A program made the position numbers and the translations under genes. Shown here piece after piece: positions 60,571-64,000 of a stretch of 64,000 nt of DNA (position 1 is its first letter; each line of letters opens with the position of its first letter). Under the pieces are notes generated by a model. The model saw only the letters and a program-made list of their open reading frames with translations. It was not told the origin of the DNA and ran no database searches. The DNA lies in the NCBI RefSeq assembly GCF_009914755.1, contig NC_060925.1; one strand, 5' to 3'. The stretch is from the human T2T-CHM13v2.0 reference genome, Homo sapiens.

Positions 60571-63500
60571 ATGCTCTGGATCTTGCTCTCCATCAGAGAC
60601 AAAAAGAGCAAAATTTAAAAATTCATTTTATACATATGCAACTCTCACTATGTACATTCAATGTCAGTAGAGCAGGAAGATAGGGAAAAAGCTAGTCACT
60701 TTCTAACGTTTCTTCCCTTGCCCTTGGGGCTGTCTGTGCACCCCTGGAGTGGGCACGCTCCCTTTGGAAGTAGGCTCTGGACCCCTCTCTGGATTGTACT
60801 CAGATGCCAGGACCACATGTACTTCAATGGCCAGGGTCTTTTCCAAGGGCGGGCAGCCCTGCTCTAGAGAGAACTCAGGGGATTTGGGAAGGCAGGGGAA
60901 ACACTGATCCTACATTTTGTCCATTGCATTGGCTTCATCACAAGAGGCTGGGCGGTTCTCAAGCCTTATGGTTGCAAAGGCCTTGTAAGATTCAGATGAC
61001 CACTAGAAGGCATGTTTCTTTTATAGAAATGTCCATAATGGCTGAAAAGTGAAAGGGAGTGAATGCTTCATCAAGGGCCCGTGAGCTCCAGGAAGCCTTG
61101 GAGGTCAGGTGCTGACAGTCAGAATGCTCTCAGTGGAGGTCATCATTGACCGAAGGAGGGGCGCGGGATCGGGCGGGTGGCAGCACGCAAATGTTCCACA
61201 GAGAGATAAAATACCCTAATAACCCTCCTTTCATGAGGTCAGAAACCTGCATTTGTCTAGCTTGCCAAGGCATTGGAGATAGTGGAGGGGAGCCAATACC
61301 ATCTGGGCTTCTCCATATGCAGAGCCTCTTCCTGAGAGTACATCAGGATGTCAGGGAGGCAGGCGGTCTCAGAGTGGGCCAGCAAGTCTTGGAAGGTGTC
61401 ATTCATAAAATATTGAAACACCGAGGCTGCGGAGCACAAACCAAATGGCCATGACAGGTTCTGCACAGGGGAGAGTACAATGGAACCCGACCTCCATTCA
61501 TTCCTGACTCTCATCCGGCTCAGTGGGCTCCAGTGTGTGTGGACTTCAGCCATGGGAGCAGGTCCAATGGTGCTGAAATTAGCAGAAGCAAGCACTCGCC
61601 ATGGATGGTCACTTTGGGAAGGGCACCACTCGCAGTTTTACAACACTGTTCTGTTTCTTTGTAACAAAATATAGCAGAGTCTCAGCCAAAAAGAGGATGG
61701 CACATAAACCTTTGTCCTAAAGCTATGTTGAGGGATTGAAAAGAGGGTGCAAGCCCTACTTCTGACCATGCCCAGGTTTCCGGGTGGCTAGCACAATCCA
61801 ACAGGGAGGGCTAGGCTGCAGGGAGGAGAGAGTGATGGGGAGGAAAGAGTAATATGATATTATGTTCAATTCTACAGAGCAACACATGTTCTAACATGTG
61901 TGAGACTGACTGCCTCTCCTCTATGAAGAGATGCCAGTGACAGCCAGGACTGGTGTAGGCTCTATTGAGCATCACAGTCATATGTGAGTGCCCAAGAGAA
62001 GCTATTCACTTTCTCAGGTAGGTGTCTCCCTCTGACTGCTCATCCCCTTCTTACAGAACCTGCCAGACCCCTTTTCAGGGAGTCTTCTGCAGACAGATAG
62101 ACAGAGGGAAGAGGGAGCCTGCCCCAACCCAGAGTTGATTGAATCCAGGTTGGACACTGAGTTCCCCCCACCCCCACTAAGATGGGCCTCTCTCATCCTC
62201 TTTTGTGGAATTTGAACGAAGAGACTCACGTAATTTCCTCTGGGGTCTTGAAATATGAAGGGATTTAACACAGAGACGGGTGGGAGGTGGGCAGCCATGT
62301 TGGATTTTCCATAGAGAAATGAGGACATTGTGTCTACAGAGAGACAGACACACACACATAAGGCAGATGGGGGCAGAGATGCAGAGATGAGCTCAGCAGC
62401 CCTGAATCAAGTGGCTTAACAGACCCCTGTCCTTGACTCTCCAGACCCCAGTTGTGGTCCCACGTGGGGCCTGCTGCATGCCCTGTCGTTGGGTTCTTTG
62501 AGCTACCCTTGTAGCCTCCAAGAAATCCACTTTGCCCTGAGCTAGGAAGAACGGTTCTTGTGCCAGGTGATTCTGGACTGAGACACCCTATACCCTGCCA
62601 ATGCAGGAGGCCAGTGTGGGATTCCGGAGCCCCAGGTGACACATAGCTTTCCTCCTACCTTAACCCAGCACGCATTCACTGACTCTTCCCACATGCCAAG
62701 CATGCGGCGAGAGGCTGGGACACGAGGCGTGACACACACCCATGCACATGCTTTCTCTCAATGCCCGCTTCAGTTCCTAAAGAATGAGGAAATAACAGAA
62801 TCACTTCCCTTTCATCAGTTGACATCAGCATTCCTGTTTTTGTGACATTCTACGTGTCTCCAACATCTGTGATGGCAGCGCCCCAGAAAGGGATATAAAC
62901 TGGGAAGTGGGTGGAAGTGACAACAATAGCCTGAATTTATATGCTTCTCCCTTAAACAGGTGGATCTGGGGGAAATATTTTGAGCTCCATTTAATGCAGA
63001 GCCAAGTGGGGATAATTTGATTCCTTTTGCTTCCTCAGATGCGGTTTGCAGAGGGAACTTCACAGGCTCTCTGGGATTGCTCACATTTGGCAGCTAAAGT
63101 GGAATCACCAATCCAAAATACTCACCCCAGGCGTGGGGTCACTCCCAGTGGCGGAGATGCCCTGCATTTCCATTGCCTGGACTGAGGAACAGATGAAAGG
63201 GGAACCACACCAGGGTGGTGGCCTGGGATGTGCCTACTCCCTAAGCCAAGCTTCTCTGTCCTGAGTGGGCTTAGGGTCCCCTGCAGCGTGGGTGTTAAAT
63301 GCTGCTTCCTAGGCCTCACCCTCAGAGCTTCCAGTTCAGTCGAGTCCAGGTCCCTAACCTGTCGTCGTCCAATTGATTTTGATCAGGTGCCCCATGGCCC
63401 CACTTTGAGAAGCAGATCGAGTCCACCTGTGCATCTTCCCTGTTGTCCCTAAAAATAAGGCTAAAAAAAGGCACCAGTTCAAAAATCCAGTTTATTTGTT

Positions 63501-64000
63501 TGAAGTTCAGGTTTACAGTTCCTCCAATTCTCAGATCGCAGAAGAAGCATCTGGAAGGAAATGACCCCTGCACCCACCACACCCCAACTACAGCCAAGGG
63601 AGTTCACGCCCACAATCTCTGGGCTCCTTCCACGGCAGGGAAGCCTTTGATTCTGCACCTACCCCTTGAGTCTAGAGGTCATAGGCAGCCAGTGGACATT
63701 TCTGGGTTTTGGGTCAGCTGCAGCTGCATTCCTGGGCGGGGGCTGTGTGATGTGCTGAGTGTGTCTTGGAAGGGTCGCTGGAATTCACTTACCTGGGATG
63801 CTGCTCCTAAACACCCCTTTTCCAGCTGCGGCCGGGGTCACCTGCAACATCAGTTCAGCCACGCAGGTGATCCAACCGGCTTCATTTCACCCATCCTCGC
63901 TAGAATCTCAGTTTAACCAACAGAGCTCCAGTGTTGTTTTCATGACAAACCCCCCATCTTAAGTCAGGGTCTGGTAAGTGGCCCCTGCCTTGATTCCTAG

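Larger units (their letters stand above)
59000..61680 (-). mobile_element. Decayed Ty3/Gypsy (sushi/PEG10/RTL1-like) pol: RT, connection, RNase H, probable integrase; interrupted by MIR and MLT1
   Basis: Ordered minus-strand motifs across frameshifts: LYFVTKK, KVTIHGECLLLLISAPLDLL, RMRVRNEWRS, (VM)PFGLCSAASVFQYFMNDTFQDLL, CLPDILMYSQ, KLDKCRF, LLGYFIS, DLQGFLELT, F*WSSESYKAF, EANAMD..VGSVF, EKTLAI, WNFFTHFQF...YLSRK, SLPTP..QTYSI, SRFLWGL...IQVH. Confidence 0.8.

Overview
Repeat-dense primate (probably hominoid or human) genomic DNA, judged from AluY/S/J, L1PA, THE1 and HERV-H/LTR7. I could not support any intact protein-coding gene, RNA gene or CRISPR array. The longer ORFs are L1 or Alu remnants or chance ORFs. 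The window opens with the 3' end of a HERV-H provirus whose LTR7 looks like the LTR7up type, inserted into an old Alu. About 20 LTR elements, many L1/L2/MIR pieces and about 11 Alus follow. The most notable observations are: (1) a decayed Ty3/Gypsy (sushi/PEG10/RTL1-like) pol on the minus strand at ~59.0-61.7 kb with RT, RNase H and probable integrase motifs in order; (2) a locus-specific MLT1-int/MER74 junction from ~44.6 kb copied into another MER74 LTR 30 kb away; (3) a two-LTR MLT1 provirus hosting six younger insertions, including a closely spaced inverted Alu pair; (4) an ancient CR1/L3 ORF2 remnant; (5) twin-priming L1 inversions. Repeat family names are from recall of consensus sequences, not from a database search, and most boundaries without a TSD are approximate.
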